A stretch of 63,652 bases of DNA, filler included, from Hyphochytrium catenoides (GCA_900088475.1; 7 parts of 7 records of this genome joined end to end with filler, not necessarily neighbours in it), one strand, 5' to 3'. Shown: positions 11,861 through 24,582, counted from the first letter of the whole stretch. The notes: generated by a model from the sequence alone, not told the origin. Numbers and translations are program-made.

Positions 11861-14800
11861 CTATCCCTCTAATTCATCTTCACCCATGCCCTTGACGGTG
11901 TCATTGAGCAACTCCTGCGCCAACCTCGTCCATTCCGTCATCTCCACACAGGCGGAGACAATTGTTCGGAGCTCCTCCAAACCACGGCGAGCGAGCTCTT
12001 TCCGTCCTGAACGGAGGAAGTCTTTCCACAGGAGCATCCTCGCGATGTCATACCGTGAGCCCATGTCCAGCTCTTGGACATAGATGGGATACTGCTTAAG
12101 CACAATCTCCATGTAGCGATAGATTTCATCTCTGCACGGTGGTGTTACTGNNNNNNNNNNNNNNNNNNNNNNNNNNNNNNAACAGTACCTCAATGACAGC
12201 GTCTCCTCTCCCTTGAGCACCGAGTACTTCCGCATCCTCCATCAATTTCTTGTCTCTTATTATCTTCCGAATCTCTTCCGCTGATGACGGTCCCATCGCA
12301 AAGAGCGCGCCAATAACTCTTGAGTACGCCGTCATCTTGTGAGCGGGCCCTTGATTGTCGAGAGCAGGAGTCAAAGCCTCTAACCGCTCGCGAGCACATC
12401 TTAAACTCTCGGAGTACTTTCCCCAGCGCAAATAAAGCTGCACCTTCAGCCAGTAGCCTGCACCCATCGAAGCTTGTTGGCCCAACAATCGCGCGGTGAT
12501 AGACTCATTCTCTATCAGACACACCTCCGCAGCATCATAATCGCCAAGGTGCATGTGAATCTCGGCTAGCAGGTTGTAGGCCTTGGCAATGGCGAAGTTA
12601 AACTTATTGGGATACATAGCCAGCTGTTCGTGTAGCCCTCTCTGGGCCCAAGACAGCGCTTCTTCGAAGTGGCGTAGACTCTTCAAGTTGACAATGAACC
12701 ACGCGATGACGTTGAAATATAACGAAGAGGAACCGTGATGCTTTGCGCCTTTTTCCTCTTCTAGCTCTGCCATAAGAGGTCGCAAGACTTCCAACGAGCG
12801 CTGTGGTTGATGAAGGTAATGATAACAACATGCAAGGTACATCATACTCATCCTCCGCGCCGTCAGGCTAAATCTCTCGGTGTTGGGCTGTAGATTGTTA
12901 AGAAGGTCCTCCAAAGACGCTAACGCAGTGACTGCATCTCCGATTTGAAGATGGAGCAGTGCCTGTTGGACTCGTATAGGCAAGCGAAAGCTCTTTACTT
13001 CCTCATCACCTAGAGAATGTGGGCGGCCAGCGTAGTCTTCATAGGCAGAGGCGATCTGCAACGCCAAGTGAGGGTTAGAAAGGCACTTGAAGCAGTAGTC
13101 AACAAGGAGATAGGTCAGACTTCCCATTGGGACGTCTCTCTGACGGCACAAGTCAAACAGCTTCCAAGCACCGCTGCAGCCCTTGTTGTTGGCACTACCA
13201 GCTGCTGTTAGCATCGCGATGATGTCTTCTTCGTCTGGTGGGAAAAGTGATTGAAGAGATTTTGGGAGGACAAATGGATCCAGCTGCAGCTGGAGAGACC
13301 AAGCCAGTAGCAGTGCATCAATCTTGGTTGAGTCTCCTTGTCGCTCATGAAAGGATTGTAAAACTTGTTTGCAGAACTGCGAGCTCGCCACACAATCAAA
13401 CCACAATGTGGCCTCCTCGCCGCTTGAGAAGTGATGGACTTCCAGTCTTGGGACCTCTCCTTCGCGAAGGAGATCACGCCGGATGCCCTGCACAATCTTC
13501 TCATGTATCTTGGACGGATGTATACCATACTTCATAGGAAGCAACGGCCGTAGCGTACGCTGGGTGATCTGATGGATGTAGACAACCTCGCCGCGCTCAG
13601 GAACAGACCTGTCTACCACAAGAAGGCCCGCCAGCTCCAGCGAACGAAGGAGTGTGCTCAAGTGATCCCTAGCGTCGAAGACATTCTTCTGTTCTTTCTG
13701 CTTTCTTTCCTCTAATGCCTTTTGCGACTCGAATTCCTCTTTGACAAGTTCGTGAAGCAGACGGGTAGGAATGCCGTTGGGAGAGAAGATACTCAGCGCA
13801 TACAGGAGCGAGAGCTGCGTTGGATCCATTCGATACGCGTTAAGCAGCTGCTGAATGGTTGTCGTGAGGCCGCGGTGCTCTCCTGAGAAGAACTGCTTCT
13901 CCCCAACCATTTCTATGGCCTCTGAGTCTGACGCAAAGTGCTCCGCTACCTGTTCAATGGGCACCTCCTTTACCAGCAGATGCCCAAGCAGCGCCACGCC
14001 GAGAGGGCTGTTCCCCAGGTATGTCATCAGTAGTTGATTGACAAGTTCAGACTTTGAGACAATGCTAGACCACACCCTCAGTCGTGTTTGGCGTGAAGCA
14101 GAAGTGGGCTTGTTAGGGAGGCTTGAACCCATAATAATGCACCGCAGCAAGTTCATCGACTCAGCAGGATCCAGAGGCATAACGGTAAGACTCTCAGCAG
14201 CAGGGACAGCGGCGATGTCTAAGGTGCAACAGGTGGTGATCAGGGCAAACCCGTCTGAGCCAAGGCCGGCAAGGAGCTCAACTACGACTGGCATTGTCGA
14301 GGGAGTGACGTCATCAAACACTAAGAAGCATGACAGCTGCTCAAAGAGAACAAGTGCTTCTGTCACCAGCTCGTGCAGTTTTGCATTGTCTGCCACTGTT
14401 CGACCGCCGATCGTAGTAATGAGAGACGCGAGACTGGACCTCAGCAGCTCCAAAGACGGCGCTGTCATCCAAAAGTGCATCTCGAAGGGACTCCAAACTT
14501 CCAGATCTGCGGAGAACTTCCTCGCAAGAAGACTCTTGCCCATGCCCGGCGGTCCCGTTAACACAATGACCCGCTTCTCAGCATTACCAAGACCCGCGAG
14601 AACACCCTGCGTAATGTCATGCATCAATCCCTCCCGCCCGACGAATCCCTTCGGAGGCGGCTTCTTCATAAAGCGAAGTTTACGCTGTCTTCTCACTTCT
14701 CTTTGCTGCTGCATCCCCTCCTCCTCATTTTCCGTTATCTCCCTCCTCGTGCAGATGGTGATGACCTCTCGATAGAGCAGTGTCTTCAACATGAAGAGTC

Positions 14801-16115
14801 TCTGGATCTCGCAGTCAAAGTCTCCGTTGGCGTTGAAGAGCTGAAGGATGGCAACGGTTGACATTATCCACTGAAGGAGGACATCTTGAGGCACCTCGTC
14901 TCCGAAACTTCTGTGGTTGAAGGCTGTTCGTGCCATGCTTAACACGTCCACATGCGAGTACCGCTTTGTGGTCTTGGTTGTCATCGTGGGCACGTCGATA
15001 CTCTTCAGCAAAAGCGGCTTGGGGTGAACGCCAAGCACACGTTCTATAACCGGATGATGCATTTCTCTTCGTAAGAACTTGCACAAAGTGGAGACGCAGG
15101 CAACCGTTTTGGCAGATTCTGCCCCAGCATCAGACAGCGCCTGGCTGTGCTCCACAAAGAGACTTACCACCGTATCCTCCGCTATATGCAGCAACTCCAT
15201 GGTTGCGAAGAGCTTCCCAGCTTCCGACCCAAGCTGCAACTTATAGAACGACTGCACTGTTGACTGAGGAACCGGAGAGAACCTCCCACAAAACTTATGA
15301 TCAGGATACTGAGCCATACGAAGTAGCCTGACCACCGACTCTGTGGCAAGCTTGCATTCTATGGCGGTGACAGATAGCATGTTATGCGCGATGAGGTTTC
15401 TAAAGTGGATGATGTGCTCTGCATGCTGAGACACCAGCAGAAGAACGTTAGTCATAGCATCATAAGAAGCTATATCATCATCGCAATATCCACCATCTCT
15501 CGCTATTTCACCTCCAAACATGGTCACCAGCACCTCTGCCCTCTGTTGACTAAGGTCCATGAGCATCAGGCAAATCCGGTACGTGTCGACTACCAAGCGG
15601 ATAAGTGGTGCCCGCGCCCCAGAGACGCCAGAGTCATCATTCTTCTGTGTCTCCGCGGTCAAGCTCTCATCGGCTGCCACGCTATTGCCGACGATTCCTT
15701 CTTTGTCAATAGACTGAGGAAGAAGGAGGGAGGAGAAGAATGGCTCAAAGTGCTGTTTGGCGAAGAGCATGAAGTGGTACAAAGCTAGGAAGTCGGCAGA
15801 GACGAAGATAGCTTCTTCTTCTGGTAACTCTCCAGCTACAGCGCTTGTTGCCGCTGATAAAGAGTCCACTACGGCGAGCTCTCCTTCCTGGTGGGGTGTC
15901 ATCGCCGCGGTCTCTCGGCCGCTGCAGCTGCTTCTCGGCTTACTAGCCTCCGGAATAGTCTCTAAAAGCTTCATATCACGCTTTAAGGGCCGGGACAACG
16001 TATGTCGCAACTCCTCTTTATGACCGCTGTTCTCTACAATGGTGATGGACTGTTCCTGATAGAACTCATGCTTGAACTGGCGGCGAGCATCGGATGGTAT
16101 ATATATTGAGCATTG
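11861..16115 (-). CDS. NLR-like STAND NTPase: tandem Swt1-like HEPN domains + NB-ARC + winged helix + TPR array (~1400 aa)
   Basis: 1294-aa ORF at 12126-16010; the frame is open to 16115 and the true start is uncertain. NB-ARC motifs: FVGRE, Walker A GPPGMGKS (14532-14555), Walker B FLVFDDV, RNBS-B LITT, GLPL-like LGNSPLGVALLG, WHD LLYALSIFSPNGIP and MHD-like YIHQITQ. The C-terminus has TPR-like repeats (e.g. AKAYNLLAEIHMHLGDYDAAEVCL). R-X4-H motifs are RNLIAH (15384-15401) and RTAFNH (14913-14930). The CDS most likely continues across the N gap (12151-12180) into the 11861-12150 frame. Confidence 0.9.
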
Positions 16116-16494
16116 TCATTGATCGGAGTGGCGCTGAGGTCTATCCATTGAAGAAGGGACCGATCATGCGGCAGGTGCAGGTTCGAGGAACCCTACTACC
16201 TAGCTATCAAGCGCATCAGCAACTGTCATCCCTGCCTGTCTCGCTCACAAAAATGTCGCTCCTCTCGTTGCTCCAGTCCCAGAACAGCCTGTCTTCTTGT
16301 GCGTCCAAACGGGAGAGCAAGCCGGCTGGTCTCCGCGGTGTACTGAGCGGCGGAGAGCCGGGCCAATTGAAAGTGGTGATGTCTCATCAAAATGTTCCCT
16401 TCCTCTACAGTACATACACCGGGATTACTTATACGGCACATCAAGAGCCCTGAAGAGCTCTTGATGAGAACGAAGGGAGAGACATGAGAAAGAG

Positions 16495-16594
16495 TCAAAT
16501 AAAAGAGGGAGAGGGGAGAAGAGAGAGAGACAGAGAGAGAAGAGAGAGAGAGAGTGAGAGACAGAGACAGAGAGAGAAGAGAGAGAGAGAGAGT

Positions 16595-16640
<46 letters not shown>

Positions 16641-16655
16641 GAGAGAGAGGGAGAC
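16495..16655. repeat. (GA)n microsatellite upstream of the NLR-like gene
   Basis: Long, imperfect GAGAGA tract visible directly in the sequence. Confidence 0.95.
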
Positions 16656-16859
16656 TGTAAGAATTGATGTCTGTTTCTAATGAATGAAGGTAGGAAATAA
16701 TGGACTGGACAGTTATGAGAAACCATGCGGGTACTTGTACTTGTACGTGTTGTAATAATGTGCGATCTACGCCAAGCGACTGATGGCTAATGATTGGCAG
16801 GATACTATTCATCATGTGAACACTGGCCTTTCTTGATAGTCTCTGAGTTATTCTTTTGT

Positions 16860-18050
16860 GAGGATACAGTAGGTTATGAGAGGTCCAAGATGATCAATTA
16901 ATGATGAGGTTTAATGAATGAATTATGATGATTGACGAGCGTGGTTGACGGTTATTGAATAAAGTCTTGACGATCGCTTCATAGATGTATTCACTGATGA
17001 TGATGGCTGCTGGATAGTTCTTTATTATAAATAAAGACGATAGAGGGTTGATGGTGGTTGATGATTGACGACGAGGCCTGTGAAGAGAATTGGTGACCCC
17101 TCTGATGTTACAATCCCTGGTTAGAGAGTCGACCTATTCTTCTATTGAGCGTAGAGGATAGTCCGACGATGATGGCTGCCCGATAGCATAATAGCTGGGA
17201 GTAGTATCTGATAATAGATAGCCGATGATGATATGTTTGAGGCTCATGGCAAATAATTTTTTAAATGATCAATGTATTGAATGGTTGATGATGGTGGACG
17301 AGGGTGGCTGAAGAAGGCTGATGACGAACTATTGACCATCACTGGCTAGTATTCAGTTTAAATAACAGAATTGTTTGACGATGAAGTAGCCGATCAATGT
17401 TGAATGATGGTAGACTATCAGAACATGATGGTTGATAAATGGTAAATGCGGATAAAGGATCGGCGTTTAATGTTTGATGGATGAAAATTGATGATTGATG
17501 AGCGCCATCGAAGGTAGATGACTGAGTTTGACGGCCGCTGGTGAAGAGCACATTGTTGATGATATTTAGATATGTTTTTGACTGACGATGGCAGGCTGAG
17601 AAGAGATGTTTGAAGAAGATGATGGATCAGTAGACAATGATGGTTATAACTGTTGGTGGATGGTTGATGTTTGACGAGCGTCGCCGAAGCTTGATGCAAA
17701 CTATTAGTGATCACTGGTCGGTATTCATTTGAAGTAGATTCTTTCACGATGGCTGGCTATTTGTTGTTCAATAGTTGTAGCTTTGACGAGCAAGTCGAGT
17801 AATCGGGTCGTCGAGTAATCGATGGTTGAGGAATGGTGATTGATGGTTAGATGATGGAGGTACTTCTATCATTGATGTTGACGATAAATCGTTGATGATA
17901 TATAGAGTAGAAGACACAAAAAGGCTGCATCGTGATGGCTAATGATCCGGAGTATATGGAGGTTGACGTTCATCGCATTACTAGCTTATTATCTATGATT
18001 GCTGGTTGCTAACTGCTAAGTGATAGCTCAAATGATTCCTCTCTATATAT
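16860..18050. repeat. Low-complexity GAT/TGA/TTGA-rich degenerate region
   Basis: Dense gatgat/ttgacg/gatggttg words and many stops, with no convincing ORF. Confidence 0.6.
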
Positions 18051-18612
18051 TGAATGGAGTGAGAGGAGGGTCCTCTGGTGATTTAACCAGCACTTCCCTC
18101 CCGAGGTCCTGAAAGTACCACTACTGCTGATGCGGTGGAGTGAGAAGATCGGTAGGCTTGGCATTTTACCAAGGGTGAAAGGCGTTTTCTTCTAGGGAGA
18201 CATCACTAAGCCAGTCGTTCTCCTTTTGGCTGGTAGAACTAGCACCAACGGACTCTGATTGCGGTCAGTCAGGTAAGAACTTCTAGGTGCGATGATTCCC
18301 ATGTCTATTAGAATAACTATTTTTTCATCGAGGAGCGCAACGATCCGCCGCTTTACAATTGGCGGAGCTATAAAATGCACACCTTGAAGCCAACGCTACT
18401 TCTTACTTTTGGCGATCGTTGTTCCTTAGATCTAGGGACCGAGACCGCAGAGGCTCCTCTGTTCAGAGCGTTGACCCCCTTCATGCGCTTTTACTCAGCG
18501 TGCTTCGCAATCGTGCTATTTGGTCTGTTGAAAGTCGTCGGCTGCAGAAGAAAGACGTGGGTGGGCATATTTTTGCCCCCGCCGTACTGTCCATCTTCTG
18601 CCACAGCAATCT

Positions 18613-21600
18613 TTATTTTTTGTCTTCCACAAAGAAGGCCTTTACACCTTCCAGAGTATAGGAGTTTAGGATCTGGAGCAGTTGCGGAATCCTTTGCGCG
18701 ACCTGGAAGTCAACCCAGAGGTTATCCTCTCCCTTCCATGCCGAGGAGGGAAAACTTAGACCCATGCTTACCTCCCTTCCCCGCAGCTTATTGTAGTCTA
18801 CATATAGATCCGTGATCACGCCCGAGAGATACTCAAACGCCTGCCCGTGGTGCTTAAGGGCCGCTCTGATCTTATCGGCGCTATGAATGACCCCTTGATA
18901 TTCAGGTGAAAGCCATGTCGAATCCTGCTCTTGCATCTTGATCTCCTACGATTCATTCGGTCAATGCAGGCAAGCAGCAACTTTGTATGCGACAAGGACA
19001 TACCTGGATAGCGTCAATTAGCTGGGAATGCTTAACAAGTTCAAACTGCGCAGCGATTCTCGGATGCGCCAAGTCCAGAACGTCCAAGACCGCTTGTTCA
19101 CTGGTCTCATGTTTAAGGGAAATTTGGACCTAGGGACAAGCGAGAGGAGGACGTGCTCACGTGTCAAAGAGGTATGGGCTTCTGTGCGCTGATCACGATT
19201 TACCAACCTTTCTGGTTGTTGCCTCTCGGCTGATCACTTCCCTCAGTATCGATATGGTTGAAGGTGAATTGGAAGAGAAGCGCGCCTCGCCCTTACTGGT
19301 GGCTTTGATTCAATAATAGTCCTAACGCTTAACTCATGGGATTGGTCTTACCGATAGAAGCATCGCAGAACGGTCCCAATGTAAGCATTTTTGAAGTATA
19401 GGTCCGCTTCTTCATCTTGAATGCGTGCGGGAACGTTTGGAAGACAAAATAGGACCCATTCATGGGCTTGGGCCAGGGAGAAGGCACCAGTTAACTGAAC
19501 AAGGAATGAGCAGAAAGGTAAGCATTGGTAGGCCCAGAGCCATGAGGTATCAATTCATCAAGGTACCGTCAAGTGGTTCAGGTTCTGAGGGAGATCCTTC
19601 TCTGTCATCTTTGAAACTCTGTGATGAAGAGATAGAGGTTTGATGCTTAACTTGCAAAGCTGTGAGGTCTTCGGCAGCAGGCTTCCTACGACGAATAGCT
19701 ACGGTATAGAAAGGAGGTCAGCCAATATATTGCGACCCGCATTGACTCCAAAGCTACATTCCAAGGCTCGGAGTAGGAATGGCATGATGGTAGTGAATAG
19801 CACCTGCATTTCGCCATACTGTCCTTCGACGGTTCGCGCCCTGATCTCCAGTCTGTCATAATTGATTGATCAACAATGATATATCCATCTTTTCTTCTAA
19901 AGGGGAGAATGACAACTAATGTGTACCTAGTTGTTGGTTCCTGGCAGCGATAGGTAGCGAGAAGGGCGTTTGTTCGCCGTTCCTCTTGCTGATTCGGCTT
20001 CGTCATAGACATGATGGCTTGCTGTTGAGGACCAGAATCCAGCAGATCGACAGGTACTCCAGCCTGGACGACAACGAAGTCCATTGGGATAGGTGTTTCA
20101 ACCTGGACATAGGCAGCAGCTTAGCGCACTCCGCACAGGGGCCCACAACAGGTTCACCTTACCGTGATCTTGTAGGCTCCCTCATCGGGGTCAAGAATCA
20201 TCTTGGACTCAACAGCGAACTGCTGGGTTGACGGCAAATACTGAAGAGTATCAGTCTGCCTTATCATGGTCTCCTTTTCTTTCATGACCTTGGCATGACA
20301 ACGCAAAGGTCAAGAGTCGACGCAGATATGGTGCGAGACGGACCAATGAACCTGCCTACCTTGGCTGAGAGCTGTGCGATCTCCTTTTTAAGCATCCGGA
20401 TCCTTGCCTCCCTCTGCAGCGTCCCCTTTGTTCTGCCATACTCGTCCTCTTGCTCCTAAAGTGGGTCGTTAGTACCAAAGCTCATGCTTTACTGTGTAAG
20501 GCGCGTGACTTACAGCTTCATGCAAGGGCTCGGTGGTATAGCTAATCACCTTGCCAGAGTAGGTAGAAACCAATATCTCATCATGTCCCTAGAGTTCAGC
20601 CAGAAAAGATGATTAGACGCCATGCCAAGTAAGATGCCTCACGGGGGTTAATTGACTCTTACCACTGTGGTTACGACACCTGCCGTTATGCTCCGTACAC
20701 TCTCCGCATTAGGATCTGACCACCTACTGCTGGGTTTGGATTCTCCCTCATCGTAGTAGATCTGCACCGTACCATCATCTCGGCCAACCTTTGAGGATTG
20801 CTTAGCTCTCCTTTTGGTATTTGAGAGTTAGCTTAAGCTTACCAGAATTTCTGGCACGCCGTCCATGTTGATGTCATAAGTAGTGAGGCAGCTGACACCC
20901 GCCAGCCCTGAATTCCCCTTCAGCGTCCAGTCTTTTTTCATTTTGCCGTCGACAAACCGATAGTGGCCAAGGCCCCCCGCTTGAGTCCCATAAAGCAGAC
21001 CCCGGGTCATGGGCTCTTCTTCACTGAGTTGCGTGGTCGTACTGCGCAAGGCGATAACAGGGCTATCCACGCCTACTTCAAGCACGCAGTCCGAGTTCTA
21101 AAGAAGCCCATGGTGAGACAGTGAAGGGGGAATCAAGGTAGTTCGCAGCGTAGAAGACTGAACCGTCAGTACGCTAGAATGATAGTACGGAGCCAAGAAA
21201 GCGACAAGAGCGACGGAATAACGAAAGAAATGAAGGTGCTTATGATAAATAGGCCCTCATAAAGAGAGCACGGTCGGGAGGACTGACCTTGATGACACGG
21301 ATGGCGCGGTCCTGGCATCCCAATATCGCGCGAGTGTCATTGTCAGGAGTCATAACATCCGTTGTCAGTGCATTGATTCTATCCCCGCAGATGTACATAT
21401 TCTTCTCCTCTCCATTCTCAAACAAGTTATAAACGAACTCTCCTCCTGTCAGACAGGTCAGAAGCGTCAACTTTTGCTGTCAACCATTTCTCTGCTGGAG
21501 GATAAGATCGAGCTCTCACCAGTGTATACGCTGTCGCCAATGACTTTAAGATTGCCAATTGTCTCTGTTAAATTTGAGTGGAAGCTGCTGCACTCCTTTC

Positions 21601-22116
21601 CCTTGGTGGTATACCCAGTCACAGTCTGCCCGGTGGCCACATACACCTGTGAAAGGGCCGGTGGAAGGCTCGGTTAGAGGTTGGCTTCGTCCAATCCCAC
21701 TTAAAGTTCTTCCGTCACCTTATCCTTAGAGCCAACATTGACTCCCAGGGTAACTGCTGAAACGGGAACGCCTGCAGCTTTAGTCTTGAATGTTGCCTAG
21801 TAGGGTAGAGAGGCTCTCAGTAGCGCAGAGACAATAACTCCTGACAGCGACGAGGACAGCACGTGAGATATGTAGAGGGCGTCGTACCAGAAATTCGCCC
21901 TTCTTGACCTGAAAGCAAGACAGAACCCCATGATCATCGCCAATGACGATTTTTTGCTATAGAGGAGTTTAGTCAACAATTGTAGGTAAAACCACAGCCT
22001 GTGATTGACCGGTTTCACACCTTCTTGCTCTTGGATGGCGGTAAGAGTTGCAAGGTGTTCCTTGCAGACCCAGAACCGACTTGAAACAGCTCTTGCTTTG
22101 ACAGACTGATATCCAT
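18613..22116 (-). CDS. BBS7: Bardet-Biedl syndrome 7 protein (BBSome subunit), multi-exon (about 17 mostly short GT-AG introns)
   Basis: Spliced exons read MDISLSKQELFQVG..., IVIGDDHGVLSCF, SFHSNLTETI, GDRINAL...ILGCQDRAIRVI, YDINMDGVPEILVGRDDGTVQIY, DEILVSTYSGKV, VPVDLLD, LLATYRCQ..TTRLEIRARTVEGQYG, PKTSQ...IKPLSLHHR, STISILREVISREAT, LSGVITDLYVDY, IPQLLQILNSYTLEGVKAFF*. These are collinear with animal BBS7 as I recall it. Confidence 0.95.
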
Positions 22117-23045
22117 ATCCCCAATAGATCGCGCTGAAGGTCTAAGTGAGGCAGAACTAGATGCTCGAGAGAACGGTCCAGCGTTTGAACTGCCCTCTAG
22201 CCTGTCAAGTGGTTACGCAATCTCCGGCGCACAAGCAATCGACTGCAATGAGTGCTTTCCAAGTGGGGTTAGGAGAAGCATGAACACTGCCAATCCACTT
22301 CCACTATTAACGTCCAAGCCTATCAATTCCTAAGAGCTGTCGGCAAGATGTTCGCCGTAGACTTAGAAGGCTTGCTGCTGTCTCAGGCCGCTGTCGGCAG
22401 CGCGGCGCCGCGTCACGCTGCTTTCTCTTTCCCGTCTTCCGTCTTCTTTCTACTTCATGTTGTCCATCTGCCCTTTGGAGAAGTCCGACCGTTACCAGCT
22501 CTAGATGGGCTTGGAAGTGGTATGTAAGTATGTAAGTAATACAAGTTATCCAAGTTGTTACGCCGTACGATAATTCTATTACTAAAATACCTAGGATACT
22601 GTTTTACTGCAGACAAAGTATCGACGGGTTTGTACGAGCCATCAAGTCTCTCCTACTATACTTTTTAGTTCTGTTACTGTACCAGGAGAATATTGCGGAT
22701 TTGGAGTCAATCTCTGTCGTCAACATACTTGAGCATCACAATCTTCTTGATGATCCAGGCTCTCGCACTTGAGCTTCAGTCTCCATTTTCCTTGCCAAGG
22801 ATCGTACCTCAGAGCTGCATTCAACCTTCAGCAAAGCGGTCTGCTTCTGGCTGTAGGGCCATCCGCAAACGCTATGTGCGGCTGTGGCTCTCTGTCCGTG
22901 GCTGCTGGCTTATCCCCAAAGGGAATGTATTTAGCTAGTGAAATCAATATTAAGTTGACAAAGCAGCTATTGCAAAATTTGGGCGTCCTAACTAGTGAAT
23001 GTGCTGGGGATAGGTCACCAAGAGCAGTAATATGCGCTCTTCAGT

Positions 23046-24582
23046 TTATGAGAGGTGCGGGCTCATAGATGCGGATTCTGCAGTCGTAATCCCTATTCTA
23101 GGGGATAGTGTGGACGAGGTGGTGCCACCTCGCGAGGCATTGCTGGCAAAGCTCGCAGCTATCGACTGACCAGCAGGAGCCGCTGGGATACCCGACGCGT
23201 GGCGCAACATACCTGTTGCTGGCTTGACATCGGGTTTAACGAGAGAGCTGTTCTCGGTTTCCCCACTACCTCTGACGTCCTGCACCATCTGCCTTAGATG
23301 TCTGATCTCTATGTCCTTATCAGCCCAATCCGCCAACAGTGTGTTGACTTGCTGCTGCAGACGTCTCTGCGTCGACTTGATCGACGCTTCTCTGCTGTGG
23401 ATGTCAGTCAAGGCAGCATCCAAACGGTGAACCACATCCTGAAGGGCGTTCTCCACATCACACTGACTTTGCCTGACAGGTTCGAGCACGGCTTCAAAAG
23501 CGTCGACAGATATTGAACGAGCCCGCGGCAGAGTTTCTGGCCCATTCGCCTCAGACTGTGTCCGTGAGAGCTCCTCGACCATCGCTGACTGCCGCGCCGT
23601 CACAGATACAAGGCTGGCAACCTGCTCTTCGAGTTGCGCGAGGCGTCGATGGAGTTCCTGGTTCTGCTGCTTTAACTCTCCGTTTTGGTGCTCCTACAGA
23701 GCAGACTTCGTTAAGCCAATTCTCTATGTTTCGGCGGAAATGCTACTTAAACGTAAGACTTACCAGCGCTAAGATGCGGTCTTCTGAAATTGCCCCTGAG
23801 AGTGAGCCTGGGGTCAGGGATAATGGTCTAGCCTCTGTACAAGGTCTGCCTCTCACTGTCTGTTCACCCAGAGGAAGTGCAAACGTTTTCTCTTGGTCGG
23901 CGGATTGTCGACTGTACTTGCTAGCCTGCACTAATGCCGCTTGAACTTGTTTGTTGCCGGGCACCTCACGCCTGGATCCCGTAGTGTGAGGTCGTATAGG
24001 AGAGGAAACGAGATGGCCCTCGCTATGCTTGGGTGAGGAGCTATCGCTATAAGAAGGGCTTCGGGTCGGGGAACAGGGAAGACGCCCTGCCCCATCTACC
24101 GTTCCTAACGCTCCTCCTGTGGCGCTGAAGGTGGAAATGAACTGCTGCAGCTTCGATTTTGGCGCATTAGACTCAGCTTCCTCACGTGATGGAGACTCCG
24201 GTTTTGGTTCCTCCATTGGTTCGCTTTTGGATTTTAGCGTGCCGTTGTCTGTGTGGCACTTAAGCTCCCAAAGACAGCGGATCACCTTTTCTCTGTCCCC
24301 ACTCTCTTGCAAATCTGCTGGGCAGAAAATTTGACCCTCGACGGCTTGCGTTTCCCGGAGCCATTTCAGAAAGCTGTTCACATTAGCGATACAGTTATAT
24401 GCTGTTGTTGATCGATGGATCCGCCCGATGGCGGCAGGTTGAATGCTATTAGCTAGCGCACAGAGGCTCTGTCCGTTCTTAAGAGCCGGCATGAGGGGGC
24501 CCTCAATGCCTTTGAAGATTCTACCCTCAATCCAGCCCTTAAGCTCTGCCTCCATCGAGTCCAACGCAGCAGGGTCGGCCAT
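23046..24582 (-). CDS. Calponin-homology (calponin/transgelin/IQGAP-type CH) domain protein with C-terminal coiled coil, two exons
   Basis: CH domain ELKGWIE...LKNGQSLCALANSIQP...NVNSFLKWL...FCPADLQE...KVIRCLWEL. A GTAAGT donor at ~23763 and an acceptor at ~23694 join it to a coiled-coil exon ending at 23046. Confidence 0.85.

Noticed and set aside
12126-12180. Apparent premature stop/frameshift near the 3' end of the NLR-like ORF
   Set aside because: The frame change coincides with a 30-N gap of estimated size, and helical-repeat-like sequence continues to 11861. It is most likely an assembly artefact rather than pseudogenisation.
14038-14775. 245-aa plus-strand ORF and other antisense ORFs within the NLR-like gene
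   Set aside because: Shadow ORFs opposite a well-supported CDS, with no motifs of their own.
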